DNA of 64,000 nt from contig MFPR01000028.1 in NCBI GenBank assembly GCA_001784175.1, positions 163,955 through 227,954 on the forward strand, in the 5' to 3' direction. The stretch comes from Candidatus Lindowbacteria bacterium RIFCSPLOWO2_12_FULL_62_27 (GTDB lineage: Bacteria > Lindowbacteria > 2-12-FULL-62-27). Positions within the stretch are counted from its first letter, which is position 1, and every line of letters starts with the position of its first letter. This document shows positions 10,344 through 20,527 of this stretch, in pieces. The notes beneath the pieces are model-generated. The model worked only from the letters and a program-made list of their open reading frames with translations. It made no database searches and was not told the DNA's origin. The translations under genes and the position numbers were made by a program.

Positions 10344-11399
10344 CTAAAACAAAAATATCATCCGGTAAAAAAAGTACCCCAGCACCAGAAGAAGCGCATT
10401 CGGCGACCACACGGTCGCGCATGCCAGCTCGTGGGAGGTCGAGTGGAGCGCTGACGCCACCGCAAGAAGAATGTAATACCCCGCCAGGATGGTCAGCGTC
10501 AGCAAAAAGCCCAGAACGCGGTTCCCGCGCTTGATCAGCATCGAAAGCGTCGCCGCGAACACGGCGAAAAAAAACGGCGACAGCACCAGCGCGGCTTTCT
10601 TGTGAAATTCAAAACGCTCCGGTTCGCTCAGGCCGGCGGTCAGAGGCGTCATCTCCAGCAGGCTCTTGTCTTTCGCCCTGGCCTTCGACTCGGACCGGCC
10701 GGGGACCGGCAGGACATGGGCGGCGGTTTGGAATTGGACCGAAAGATGTTTCTCGGCGTCGGTCCAGAGAATCTGGCCGTTTTCGAAAACAAACCGGGCC
10801 TGGCCGTTCACCCGCTCCACCTGGGCCGTTCGGGCCAGGATCCGGAAGCCGGGCGAATCGGAGTACTCGAAGAAAACGTTTTTGAAAAGTGGGCTTACGC
10901 CGACTTCCAGCTCCTGGCACGAGAATTTGATCGGCCCGTGCGTCAGAAGCTGGCCCGGAACGATCAGGTTCTCGATCCGGATGTCCTTCCGCGCGTCCTG
11001 CAGCTTGTCTCGAAACATAAGACGCGCCGGCGGCGCCAGCCACGCCTCGTTGACGAACAGCAGCCCCGAAAGGGCCACGCCCAGAAAAATGGCCGGCGTC
11101 AACAGCTCCGCCGGAAACACGCCCGCCGCGCGGATCGCCGTCAGTTCCTCCTGCTGCGCCATCTGGCCGTAGCCGATCAGAATCGCGAACAGCAGGCTCA
11201 TTGGAATCGCGTACGAAATGCCCGTCGGAAACCACAGCGCCACGATCGACAGAATGTTCCACAGCGCCGCGCCCTCCTTCAGCACCAGCCGCAAGAGGTT
11301 CATGACCTGCCCGAGAAGCAGCAGGCCCGAAAAGAAAAACAGGGCGGCCAGGAACAATTTCAATTCCTCCCGCAGACAGTACTTCGTCAGGATTCGCAT
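10344..11399 (-). CDS. LptF/LptG family permease
   Basis: MRILTKYCLRE start, ELTAIRAAG motif, 3+3 TM layout. Confidence 0.9.
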   Translation of the reverse strand: MRILTKYCLREELKLFLAALFFFSGLLLLGQVMNLLRLVLKEGAALWNILSIVALWFPTGISYAIPMSLLFAILIGYGQMAQQEELTAIRAAGVFPAELLTPAIFLGVALSGLLFVNEAWLAPPARLMFRDKLQDARKDIRIENLIVPGQLLTHGPIKFSCQELEVGVSPLFKNVFFEYSDSPGFRILARTAQVERVNGQARFVFENGQILWTDAEKHLSVQFQTAAHVLPVPGRSESKARAKDKSLLEMTPLTAGLSEPERFEFHKKAALVLSPFFFAVFAATLSMLIKRGNRVLGFLLTLTILAGYYILLAVASALHSTSHELACATVWSPNALLLVLGYFFYRMIFLF

Positions 11400-11443
11400 G
11401 GGCCATATTTACATTTTTCTCCGGACATTTTAAGTTGTACCTC

Positions 11444-12202
11444 ATGTCCGGTCATTCCAAGTGGGCCAATATCAAATACCGCAAATCCGCGCAGGACGCA
11501 CGCAAGGGGCTCCTCTTCTCCAAACTCGCACGCGCCGTTCTCGTGGCGGCCCGGCGCGGCGGAAAAGATCCCGAAGTCAACTTCGACCTCAAAACCGCCA
11601 TCGGCAAGGCCCGCGACATGGGACTGCCCAAGGAAAACATCCAGCGCGCCATTGCGCGCGGCGTCGGTGAGGTGGAGGGCATCGTGCTGGAGGAGATCAC
11701 CTACGAGGGGTTCGGCACGGGCGGGGTCGGGATCGTGGTCGAGGCGGTTTCGGAAAACCGGAATCGCACGACCTCCGACGTCCGCCATCTGTTCTCCAAG
11801 TACGGCGGATCCCTCGCGACGCTGGGGGCCGTTTCCTGGAAATTCAAACGCATGGGGCTCATCGTCGTGCTTTCCAAGCGGAAGGAAAAATCCCTGACCG
11901 AGGACATCGTGCTGGAGGACGCGGCCGAGCTCGGCGCCGCCGACGTGAAGGCCATCCAGGACGGGTTCGAGATACTGACGCCGGTCGATCAGTTCGGCCG
12001 CATCCGCGGCGAACTCGATAAAAAATCCTATTCCATCCGCCTCTCCGAGCTGACCCTCATCCCCACCCTGCAGATCCCGCTCCAGGGGGACGAGGCCCGG
12101 CAGGTCTTTGACCTGGTCGTGGAGCTGCAGGACCTGGAGGACGTTCAGAACGTGACGACGGACGCCGACCTGCCGGACGATCTCTTCGTGCAGGCCGCAT
12201 GA
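11444..12202 (+). CDS. yebC: YebC/PmpR family protein
   Basis: MSGHSKWANIKYRK, YEGFG, NRNRT. Confidence 0.95.
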   Translation: MSGHSKWANIKYRKSAQDARKGLLFSKLARAVLVAARRGGKDPEVNFDLKTAIGKARDMGLPKENIQRAIARGVGEVEGIVLEEITYEGFGTGGVGIVVEAVSENRNRTTSDVRHLFSKYGGSLATLGAVSWKFKRMGLIVVLSKRKEKSLTEDIVLEDAAELGAADVKAIQDGFEILTPVDQFGRIRGELDKKSYSIRLSELTLIPTLQIPLQGDEARQVFDLVVELQDLEDVQNVTTDADLPDDLFVQAA

Positions 12203-12786
12203 TCCACCATCTCCGGGGTAAATTGCTGAAACGAAATCCCACCCTCGTGATCGTCGATTGCGCCGGGGTCGGCTTCGGGGTTCATATCTCCCCCAAGGAC
12301 GCCGAACGGATCGGGGCGCCGGGAACGGAAGTTGCTCTCCATATATATATGCACCTGTCGGAGGGCGATGTACGGCTCTTCGGGTTCCTGGACGAAAAAG
12401 ATCTGGAATTCTTCCTCCTCCTCTTTTCGGTGGATCGTGTGGGCCCCAAAACGGCCATGGCGGTGGTCTCCGTTCTTCCCCGCGATGCATTCTTTGTGGC
12501 CGTGTCGGCCAAGGACACGAATGCGCTTCTCAGGGTGCCCGGGATCGGCCAGAAAACGGCCGAACGGATCCTTTTCGAGCTGCGCGAAAAAATCCCGGCG
12601 TCGGTCGCCGCCCAGGGCGCCGCCCCGATCGATGCGCAGGCCATCGAGGCCCTGCTCTCGCTCGGATTCGATCGCCGCTCCGCGGAAAAAGCCGTCGCGG
12701 CCGCCAGACGCTCCGGCGCGGCCTCCCTCGAATCCCTCGTGACGGCGTCCCTCCGCAGTCTCGGCGCCGCCGCGGGCGCCGCGTAG
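12199..12786 (+). CDS. ruvA: Holliday junction branch migration protein RuvA
   Basis: MIHHLRGKL, GVGF, VGPKTA, PGIGQKTAERI, ALLSLGF. Confidence 0.95.
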   Translation: MIHHLRGKLLKRNPTLVIVDCAGVGFGVHISPKDAERIGAPGTEVALHIYMHLSEGDVRLFGFLDEKDLEFFLLLFSVDRVGPKTAMAVVSVLPRDAFFVAVSAKDTNALLRVPGIGQKTAERILFELREKIPASVAAQGAAPIDAQAIEALLSLGFDRRSAEKAVAAARRSGAASLESLVTASLRSLGAAAGAA

Positions 12787-12835
12787 CGCCTCCGGCTCTT
12801 GTCAAACCCGCATTCCTCCAAGTAGGGTAGTCGCC

Positions 12836-13213
12836 GTGGCGCGCGTGCTGGTGATCGACGATGACAAGGATACGATGCGGATCCTTGAAGCCAAGCTGAC
12901 CGACGCGGGGTATCAGGTGCTCCAGGCGGCCGACGGCCGGGAAGGGTTGGAGAAGGCAAAGCTCACGAAGCCGGACCTGATTCTTCTGGATGTCATGATG
13001 CCCGAAATCGACGGTCTGTCGCTTTTGCGCCAGTTGAAGTTCGACGCGCAGACCGACAAGATTCCGGTCGTCATCATGACGGCCAAGGGAGAGAAAATGG
13101 AGAAGTTATTTGAGATGGAGGGGGCGGAAGCGTACCTGACAAAACCTTTTGTGTTCGCCGACCTCCTCGACCGGATACGCGCGAGCCTTGGCGACAAGGC
13201 GGAGCCGTCATGA
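12836..13213 (+). CDS. Single-domain response regulator
   Basis: VIDDD, LLDVMMP..DG, TA, KP receiver motifs. Confidence 0.92.
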   Translation: MARVLVIDDDKDTMRILEAKLTDAGYQVLQAADGREGLEKAKLTKPDLILLDVMMPEIDGLSLLRQLKFDAQTDKIPVVIMTAKGEKMEKLFEMEGAEAYLTKPFVFADLLDRIRASLGDKAEPS

Positions 13214-14178
13214 TCGAGGCCAAGTCCACCATCGCGGAATTTCGATCGCGCTTGAAGTCCGCCGTCGGGCGCAGGATTGTCGGCCAGGAGGAGGTGCTCG
13301 ATCAGATGACGGTGGCCTTGATCGCCGGCGGGCATGTCCTCCTCATCGGTGTGCCCGGGCTGGCCAAAACGCTCATGGTTCAAAGCCTCGCCTCGGCCTG
13401 CGATCTCTCCTTTTCCAGAATCCAGTTCACGCCCGATTTGATGCCCTCCGACATCATCGGCACGGAAATCCTCGTCGAGGACGCCGACCGGCGGAGAGAA
13501 TTTCGATTCCAGCGCGGCCCGGTCTTCCATTCCATCATCCTCGCCGATGAGATCAACCGCACGCCGCCCAAAACTCAGGCCGCGCTCCTCGAGGCCATGC
13601 AGGAACGCAAGATCACCGTCGCCGGGACCGACCATCCGCTCCCCGATCCGTTCTTCGTCCTCGCCACGCAAAATCCCATCGAGCAGGAGGGAACCTATCC
13701 GCTCCCGGAGGCGCAGCTCGACCGGTTCCTCTTTTCGATCCGCGTCGGATATCCCGGAGAGGAGGAGGAGAAGCTCGTGTTGACGCGGGAAAGCGCGCCG
13801 GCCGACGCGCCCATCCAGCCCGTCGTTTCGCTGGAGGAGATCAAGCACTTTCAGCGGCAGGCCCGCGAAATCCTCGTCGCCGACAGCCTCGTCACCGCGG
13901 TCGTCCGCATGCTTCGCGAAAGCCGCCCCGAAGGATCGTCCATCCCCGAAGTCCGCCGCCATGTGCGGCTGGGCGTGGGTACGCGGGCCGGGACATTTCT
14001 CCTGATGGCCGCCAAGGCGCGCGCGCTTCTGGCCGACCGGCCGCACGTGACGCCCGAGGACCTCCGCGCCGTCGCGCCGCCGGTCCTTTCGCACCGGCTC
14101 CTCATGGATTTTACGGCCGAGGCCGAGGGTGTCCGGTCGGCCCAGCTCATCGACCGGCTTCTTGATTTGTTGGCTTGA
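13210..14178 (+). CDS. MoxR family AAA+ ATPase
   Basis: GVPGLAKT, RIQFTPDLMPSD, DEINR, ATQNPIEQEGTYPLPEAQLDRF. Confidence 0.95.
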   Translation: MIEAKSTIAEFRSRLKSAVGRRIVGQEEVLDQMTVALIAGGHVLLIGVPGLAKTLMVQSLASACDLSFSRIQFTPDLMPSDIIGTEILVEDADRRREFRFQRGPVFHSIILADEINRTPPKTQAALLEAMQERKITVAGTDHPLPDPFFVLATQNPIEQEGTYPLPEAQLDRFLFSIRVGYPGEEEEKLVLTRESAPADAPIQPVVSLEEIKHFQRQAREILVADSLVTAVVRMLRESRPEGSSIPEVRRHVRLGVGTRAGTFLLMAAKARALLADRPHVTPEDLRAVAPPVLSHRLLMDFTAEAEGVRSAQLIDRLLDLLA

Positions 14179-15062
14179 CCGCGCAAGACCTCCAGACCGT
14201 TTCCCGAACCCTCTTTAACGCCGTGACCGGCTTGAAAGTCCGCCCGCGGTTCTGCCGCGCCGAGGGACCTTCGGGACTTCACCGCTCGCCCCAGCGCGGC
14301 GAGACGGTCGAATTCTCGGAATACCGCCCCTATGCGCCCGGCGCCGAACTGCGGTTTCTGGACTGGAAGCTCTACGCCCGGTGTGACAGGCTGTTCGTCA
14401 AGTCCTTTTGTGATGAACGGGCATCGAGGTTCCTCATCGTTCTCGACGACAGCCCCTCCATGGTGTATCCGCTCGAGGGATTCACCAAACTCAACCTCGC
14501 CTGCGAACTCGCCATGGGGATCGCTTACCTCGCCGCGCATCGGCAAAAAGACGCGGTCAGACTCCTGCCCCTGTCCTCCGTTCCGGCGGGACCGAACGAA
14601 CAGCATCAGGCCCTGGGCCACATGATGCTCGAATTGCAGAAAATATCGTCGTCCGCCCGGATCAGCGCGGCGGCGCGCGTTCCGTCGGGCATCGCGGACA
14701 GCCTGTCGAAACTGGAGTTTCGCCGTCCCACGACCGTCATCTTCATTTCGGACCTCTATGAACATCCGGCCGAACTCCAGAAATTGAGTCTCCGTGCGCG
14801 CCGGCAGGGACACGAATACTGGTTTCTGCATGTGCTCTCAAAAGAAGAAATCGCGCTTCCCTACGAATCCCTCCATAATTTTATCGACGTCGAGTCCAAC
14901 CAGCGCATGCAGCTCGATCCCCGCGCCATCCGCGCACACTACAGCCGCGCGGTCCACGACCACATCTCGGCCCTCCGGACCCTGGCCGCCCACGGACGAT
15001 TCGTCCTCGGCATCGTGGGCCAGGACCCGGCGGAAATATTGAAACGGCTTCTGCAGGACTAA
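14175..15062 (+). CDS. DUF58 domain protein
   Basis: EFSEYRPY, LDWKLYAR, LDDSPSM, ISDL; follows MoxR. Confidence 0.9.
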   Translation: MTAQDLQTVSRTLFNAVTGLKVRPRFCRAEGPSGLHRSPQRGETVEFSEYRPYAPGAELRFLDWKLYARCDRLFVKSFCDERASRFLIVLDDSPSMVYPLEGFTKLNLACELAMGIAYLAAHRQKDAVRLLPLSSVPAGPNEQHQALGHMMLELQKISSSARISAAARVPSGIADSLSKLEFRRPTTVIFISDLYEHPAELQKLSLRARRQGHEYWFLHVLSKEEIALPYESLHNFIDVESNQRMQLDPRAIRAHYSRAVHDHISALRTLAAHGRFVLGIVGQDPAEILKRLLQD

Positions 15063-15078
15063 GGAGCCGCGAAGCAGA

Positions 15079-17013
15079 ATGATTTTCTCTTTCCCGACTC
15101 TTCTCCCATGGCTCGCGGTGGCCCTCCTGCCGTGGGTTCTGCACCTCTTTTTGTTTCGCCGGGCGGAATCCCTCTATTTCCCGTCCCTCTTTTTCCTCAA
15201 ACAGTGCCATGGCTGGTCCACCCGCCTCCAATTGCGCCGGCTCCTGCTCTTGCTGACCCGCTCCGCGCTCATCCTCTACTTTATTCTTGGCATGCTCGAT
15301 CCCCGCATGGAACGCGCCGCGTCGACCAACGAAGGCCGCCGGGCGGCCGGACCCGTCCTCTTCATTCTCGACGACCGGCCGGCCATGCGGATGAAACTCC
15401 TGGCCAGAACGGAAACGCTCTTCGATTCCTACCGGCAGGCCGCCCTCGAGGAGCTGGCGCGCCGGTCCGAATCGCAGGAGGTTGCGGCGATCTCTCTCTC
15501 CGATCTCGCCCTGCGGTCGCCCATTCGATTCGGATCGCCCCGGGACGCGGCCGCAAAAATACGGAATGCATCGATCCAGTCCCTCACACCGGAAGTTGTG
15601 GCCAACCTCCGGTTCGCCCTGGACAGAGTTCACGCGCAGGTGCTGTTTTACAGTCCCTTCCACCTCGCGCTCAAGGACCCCGACCTCTCCAGAGTCGGGC
15701 CTGCGCCGGCCTGCGAACCCAATTTCTCGCTCCTCTCCTTGAAAGCCCCCGACCGCATCGCCCTCGGCCAGCCTCTGTCGGTCCACGGCGAGGTCACCGA
15801 TTTTTACGGCCGACCGGCCGAGGTCCCTGTGCGGCTCTCGGTCGATGGCCGGGAGGCCGCGGTGACCGGCGCGGTCCGCGGCCGGGCCGCGTTTCTTTTG
15901 ACGGACATCCCCGCGGGCCGCCACTGGTTGAAGGCCCAGATTGTTCGCCCGGGGTCGGACGGGTATCCCGACGACGATGCGAGGACACTGCAAATTGAGG
16001 TGGTGTCCCGCCAGTCGGTCGGATTTGTCACAGACCGACTCCCGGCGTCGCTCGATGCGGCCCTCAGAGCCTTTGAACAGCGCGATCAAACGGTGCGGGG
16101 ATTGTTGAAAACGCCGCAGGATTGGGAATCGGTCCGGCGTGCCGTCGCGCTCGACCTCCGGGCAACTTCGCTCGATCTCGCCCGGAAACACGTCGAGCGC
16201 GGCAACGAGCTCGTCATCTTCGCGGATGCCTTCAAATCAAAAACGGACGCGGACCGGATCGCGGCGCTTTGGAAAATTCAGCACTACTCCGATCCCGACC
16301 TCGCCACGCTGCCAATCCACGAGCTTCTCGCGCTCGGCAACGGGCGCGCGCATGCGCCCACAGACATCGAACCGCAGGATCCGAGGTTCGTCCAGATGGT
16401 CCGGCAGATCCGATGGGTGGCGCAGCCCTCGGACGTTGTGCTGGCGGCCTTCTCGGATGGCAGTCCGGCGGCCCTGCGCCGCGCGGTCGGCGCGGGGTCG
16501 GTGGTCATGGTCGCCTTCTCAGTGGAGGATCCCATGTTGCAAACGGACCCCGCCTATTTGTTGTTCGTCCAGAGTCTCTTGGCAGCGCCGGATCGCCCGG
16601 ATGAATCGGCCGGCAAAACGCGCGTCGACGCTGTCGCAAAATATGTTGAAATCCCCCTTCAAAAAAATTCGTCCATCCCCATCGGTGCATCCGCCCCGCA
16701 GGCGGCCGTCCGTCTGGTTTCTGAATCGTCCATGACCACCCTCACGCTCGGTTATGCGCAGGGCCGGTTCTTCGCCGAAATCCCGTCTCCCGCGCCGCCT
16801 CCGGGAATGTATCGCCTGGTCATGGGCAGCGAGGAAATGGCGACGGTATTCCTCTATCCCACGCCGCCGGATCCGCTCGCCCTTCCGGAAACCTCGAAGG
16901 AAATGCGGCGGAGCATGCCGTTCGAGTCGTTTTTCTTCTGGATCGCCGTCCTCCTCATGGCCGTCGAACTCCTGCTCCTCCGTCAAATGCGGGCCCCCGC
17001 TGATGCGGCTTGA
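15079..17013 (+). CDS. BatA-domain membrane protein
   Basis: N-terminal BatA motif (LPWVLHL..FPSLFFL), C-terminal TM. Confidence 0.8.
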   Translation: MIFSFPTLLPWLAVALLPWVLHLFLFRRAESLYFPSLFFLKQCHGWSTRLQLRRLLLLLTRSALILYFILGMLDPRMERAASTNEGRRAAGPVLFILDDRPAMRMKLLARTETLFDSYRQAALEELARRSESQEVAAISLSDLALRSPIRFGSPRDAAAKIRNASIQSLTPEVVANLRFALDRVHAQVLFYSPFHLALKDPDLSRVGPAPACEPNFSLLSLKAPDRIALGQPLSVHGEVTDFYGRPAEVPVRLSVDGREAAVTGAVRGRAAFLLTDIPAGRHWLKAQIVRPGSDGYPDDDARTLQIEVVSRQSVGFVTDRLPASLDAALRAFEQRDQTVRGLLKTPQDWESVRRAVALDLRATSLDLARKHVERGNELVIFADAFKSKTDADRIAALWKIQHYSDPDLATLPIHELLALGNGRAHAPTDIEPQDPRFVQMVRQIRWVAQPSDVVLAAFSDGSPAALRRAVGAGSVVMVAFSVEDPMLQTDPAYLLFVQSLLAAPDRPDESAGKTRVDAVAKYVEIPLQKNSSIPIGASAPQAAVRLVSESSMTTLTLGYAQGRFFAEIPSPAPPPGMYRLVMGSEEMATVFLYPTPPDPLALPETSKEMRRSMPFESFFFWIAVLLMAVELLLLRQMRAPADAA

Positions 17014-18973
17014 ATTTTTCGCCGACCGGCAGACCTTCATCCTCGTCCTGGTCGCCCTGGTCACGCTGGCCATGCTGGCGACGGGCTTCGTTTATCCGCG
17101 GCCGTTCTCCCGGCGTCTCTCCGCGCTGAGACTCGCCATCCTCGTCTGCTTTTTCGCGGGCGCGGTGTCCCTCACCCTCGTGTATCCGGCGCCCTTCGCC
17201 CGGTCCTCCACGCTCTTTGTCCTCGTCGACCGGTCTCTCAGTATGGATCAGAAGCTTGCGCCGGATGGAAAGACGCGCGGACAACTGCTGGACGATATTC
17301 AGGCGAAGTTGGAGGCGGCCTGTGAATCGGCGGCCATTCAGATGAAATCCGTTTATTTCGCGGAAGAGGCGTCGGATCAGTCGGCGCGGATCGGAGACCG
17401 CCGGACAACGCGCTTCTCGCCGGCGCTTTCCCTCCTCCTCGAGAAAATCTCCGCCGCCGATGGGAACCCGGCTCGAACCCGCGCCCTCTTGATCTCCGAC
17501 GGCGCGGCGGCGGACGAACCCATGATCGATCCCTACCTGAGCGCGTTCGTGGGGCGCGGCGTTTCAATCGACGTCTGGTCGGTGGGCGGAACTTCGGAGG
17601 CGTCGCTTCCAAAAATTTATTTCCGTATTCCGCCTCCGCCGGTCGCCACAGTGGGCGAAAGCGTCCCGCTCGATCTGGGCGTCATGTCCCCGGCATCGGC
17701 GCGACTCACCGTTTCGGATGGCGTCAGAGTCGTCTCGGAGGCGAAATGGTCCGGACAGGCGGATCCTCCGCAGCTTTTCTTCTCGCCTCATATGCCCGGT
17801 CTCCGGCGAATGACCGTGACCGCTGAGTCGGCGTCCGGATCCTCCAAATTGAATTTCAGAATCAAGGTTCTTCCCCGCCTCCTCTTCGAAATGTCCGGCC
17901 GGCCCTCTTGGGACGCCCGGTATTTCATGGTCGCGGCCTCCGAACAACCGGCCATCCAGATTCAAGGCCGCTGGTCGGCCGCGCAACCGTCCGCCCCGGC
18001 CTCCGGCAGAATCCACGTCGTCTTCGGCGCGGCGTCGCGCCCCACCCCCGCGGACGAGCCGGTTGTGTACTGGCCGCAATCGGACATGACCGGCACGGAT
18101 CGCGGGATTCGATGGCTGGGCCGCGAAGCCGGTTCGTTCTCGACCGCCCGCCCCGCTGAATCTCCGGCGCCCCAAGTGCCGGCGTCTCCGACGCCGGCCG
18201 GGCACCCGCCGTTGACGGGGCGTCAGAAAGTTTCTCTGGATTTGAGCTGGAGGGTCCTGGAGCGGTATGGCGACGGAACCGTTTTTCTCGCCGAGCGGAC
18301 CGACTCCCTCGCCGCGCCGGCTTTTCTGGTCAACGGCGAAGGCGTCTGGCGCTGGTGGGTCAATCCTCTCCTGTCCCCCGCAAAGTCTCCCGCCGCCGAA
18401 TACGAACGATTCCTCGACCGAGTGCTGTCCTGGGCGCGCCAGACTTCCTTTCCGCCGGCCGAACTTTTTGCGCTCCAGGAAGAGGGACAGATCGGCGCGC
18501 CGATGGATCTGATCGCGCTCTTCTCCACGCCCCAGTCGTCCGTTCCCGGTCTGAAAATTATTTCGCCCGATCAATCTGAACAGATCATCTACGGCACGGG
18601 AGGAACGACGGTCCGGTTTTCCTTCGTTCCGAAAACCCCCGGCGCATGGCGCGCGGAACTTTCAGGAGCGTCGCGGCAGCCCGTCCAGACAGAATTCGTA
18701 ATTTCGGATGCGCCCTTCGACCTCACCCATCCCGAACCCCGGCCCGATCTCCTCCGGCACATCGCCGCCCGAACCGGCGGCCGGCTCCTCGCGCAGGACG
18801 AGGCCGCCTCCGGCATCCGGCAGGCGGTCGCACACTTGATGGATGCCGCGCATTCCCCGGCGGAGCGTATCGAGGAAAAGAGAATCCGGCTGTCTCACAC
18901 GCCCGCCTTCTTCCTCGCGGTCTCCCTCCTCTTCGCGCTCCTCTGGACCCTCGAATCCCGGTGGCTCCGGTGA
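17003..18973 (+). CDS. VWA-domain membrane protein (MoxR partner)
   Basis: Two N-terminal TMs, MIDAS DRSLSM, LISDG, LRHIAARTGG, C-terminal TM. Confidence 0.8.
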   Translation: MRLEFFADRQTFILVLVALVTLAMLATGFVYPRPFSRRLSALRLAILVCFFAGAVSLTLVYPAPFARSSTLFVLVDRSLSMDQKLAPDGKTRGQLLDDIQAKLEAACESAAIQMKSVYFAEEASDQSARIGDRRTTRFSPALSLLLEKISAADGNPARTRALLISDGAAADEPMIDPYLSAFVGRGVSIDVWSVGGTSEASLPKIYFRIPPPPVATVGESVPLDLGVMSPASARLTVSDGVRVVSEAKWSGQADPPQLFFSPHMPGLRRMTVTAESASGSSKLNFRIKVLPRLLFEMSGRPSWDARYFMVAASEQPAIQIQGRWSAAQPSAPASGRIHVVFGAASRPTPADEPVVYWPQSDMTGTDRGIRWLGREAGSFSTARPAESPAPQVPASPTPAGHPPLTGRQKVSLDLSWRVLERYGDGTVFLAERTDSLAAPAFLVNGEGVWRWWVNPLLSPAKSPAAEYERFLDRVLSWARQTSFPPAELFALQEEGQIGAPMDLIALFSTPQSSVPGLKIISPDQSEQIIYGTGGTTVRFSFVPKTPGAWRAELSGASRQPVQTEFVISDAPFDLTHPEPRPDLLRHIAARTGGRLLAQDEAASGIRQAVAHLMDAAHSPAERIEEKRIRLSHTPAFFLAVSLLFALLWTLESRWLR

Positions 18974-19629
18974 CCCTCCCGCGCGCCGTTCTCTGTCTGT
19001 GCCTCCTCCTCCTTCATGGCCCGGCCGGAGCCTCGGAACTGCCTGGCTTCGCGCGGCTCGCCTATGAGGGCGGTGGCGATTGGTACAACGACCCGGGAAT
19101 ATTGCAGAATCTCCATCGCTTCGCGCAAAAATCAACGGGCCTTCCCTTCGACCTTCAGGAACCCGTCGTTCGGCTGACCGACCCGGACCTCGCGGAACAT
19201 CCGTTCCTGTATCTGACGGGACACGGCGACGTCCGCCTCTCGGACGACGGCATCGCTCGCCTTCGGGCCTTCCTCCTCGCGGGTGGGTTCCTCTACGCGG
19301 ACGACGATTACGGGATGGATGAATCCTTTAGGCGGGAAATGAAAAAGGTCTTCCCGGAAAAATCATGGGTCGAATTGCCAAAATCTCATCCGCTCTTCTC
19401 GATCTTCTTCCACTTCCCCGCCGGCGCGCCCAAAATCCACAAACACTACGAAGGCCCCCCGCGCGTCCTCGCGCTCATGGAAAAAGACCGCATCCTCGTC
19501 CTCTACACCTTCGACACCAACATCAGCGATGGCTGGGCCGACCCGGAAGTCCACCAGGACCCCCCGGCCCTCAGGGAAGCGGCGCTTCAGTTCGGCGTGA
19601 ACATCCTCCTCCTGCCCTTCCTGCAGTAG
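18970..19629 (+). CDS. DUF4159 domain protein
   Basis: GGGDWYNDP, PFLYLTGHG, GGFLYADD, DISDGW-like motif. Confidence 0.85.
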   Translation: MTLPRAVLCLCLLLLHGPAGASELPGFARLAYEGGGDWYNDPGILQNLHRFAQKSTGLPFDLQEPVVRLTDPDLAEHPFLYLTGHGDVRLSDDGIARLRAFLLAGGFLYADDDYGMDESFRREMKKVFPEKSWVELPKSHPLFSIFFHFPAGAPKIHKHYEGPPRVLALMEKDRILVLYTFDTNISDGWADPEVHQDPPALREAALQFGVNILLLPFLQ

Positions 19630-19665
19630 CCCCGGTCGCCCGGGTGTTCGTTGCTCATTGCTTCA

Positions 19666-20517
19666 TTATTTCATCGCCGATTTTTCCCTCTTGTCCTTCT
19701 CCGTCTCCCCGCCGCCTTTCCGAATGAGCTTCCACGGATGCCGGCGCACGTCCGTAGACAGCGCCTTCAGATTTTCGCTCGTCGCGTTCAGATTCTTCAC
19801 GATCTCCTGGATCTCCGGCCGGTTCTCCGCGCTCATGCCTTTGAGATGGTCCGCCAGCGCCGCCAGCGACTTCGAGGACTCCTCGATCCGGCGCACCGCG
19901 GCCTCGCCGCTTTTCATCATGCCCGGAAAATGGTCCGTCCCGGCCGAGAGATTCGTCAGAATCCGGTCGATGTCGTCCCCGTTCTCGGCGCCGATCCGGC
20001 GCAGCGTCGAAGTGAAAACGTTCAGGTCCTCCGTCAGCTTCACGATGTTGTGCGTCACCTGCCGGATGTTCCCGGAGGTCCGCTCGTCGAACATCGTCCG
20101 CACCTGATCGAAAATCCGCGACAACTGCACGGGGTCCGTCCCCCGCAGGACCGCGCCCTCCGCCGGCGGCGTCCCGCCGGCCGCCGGCATAATTTCGACA
20201 ACTTTGTCGCCCATGAATCCCGTGGACGCGATGCTGACCTCGGACGCGGTTGTGATCGGCAGGTCCCGCGGCACTCGAATTGTCGTGAGGAGCATCATCG
20301 GCGCGCCCGGCTTGATCCTGACCGATTCGACCTGCCCCACGCGGTAGCCGGCATACTGCACCGGCGAGCCGGCGCCCAGCCCGTCGACGTTGCTGAATTC
20401 CACCGTCACCGTCCGGGACGGCCCCGTAAACCGCTTGAGATTGAAAACAAAAAATGCAAACAACACGATTCCGGCGGCGATAAATAATCCGACGATAAAT
20501 TCTTTACTCCGTTTCAT
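19666..20517 (-). CDS. mlaD: MlaD/MCE family protein
   Basis: N-terminal TM, GL..GSPVQYAGYRVGQV MCE motif, coiled-coil tail ending HPWKLI. Confidence 0.9.
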   Translation of the reverse strand: MKRSKEFIVGLFIAAGIVLFAFFVFNLKRFTGPSRTVTVEFSNVDGLGAGSPVQYAGYRVGQVESVRIKPGAPMMLLTTIRVPRDLPITTASEVSIASTGFMGDKVVEIMPAAGGTPPAEGAVLRGTDPVQLSRIFDQVRTMFDERTSGNIRQVTHNIVKLTEDLNVFTSTLRRIGAENGDDIDRILTNLSAGTDHFPGMMKSGEAAVRRIEESSKSLAALADHLKGMSAENRPEIQEIVKNLNATSENLKALSTDVRRHPWKLIRKGGGETEKDKREKSAMK

Positions 20518-20527
20518 CGTTCACCCC

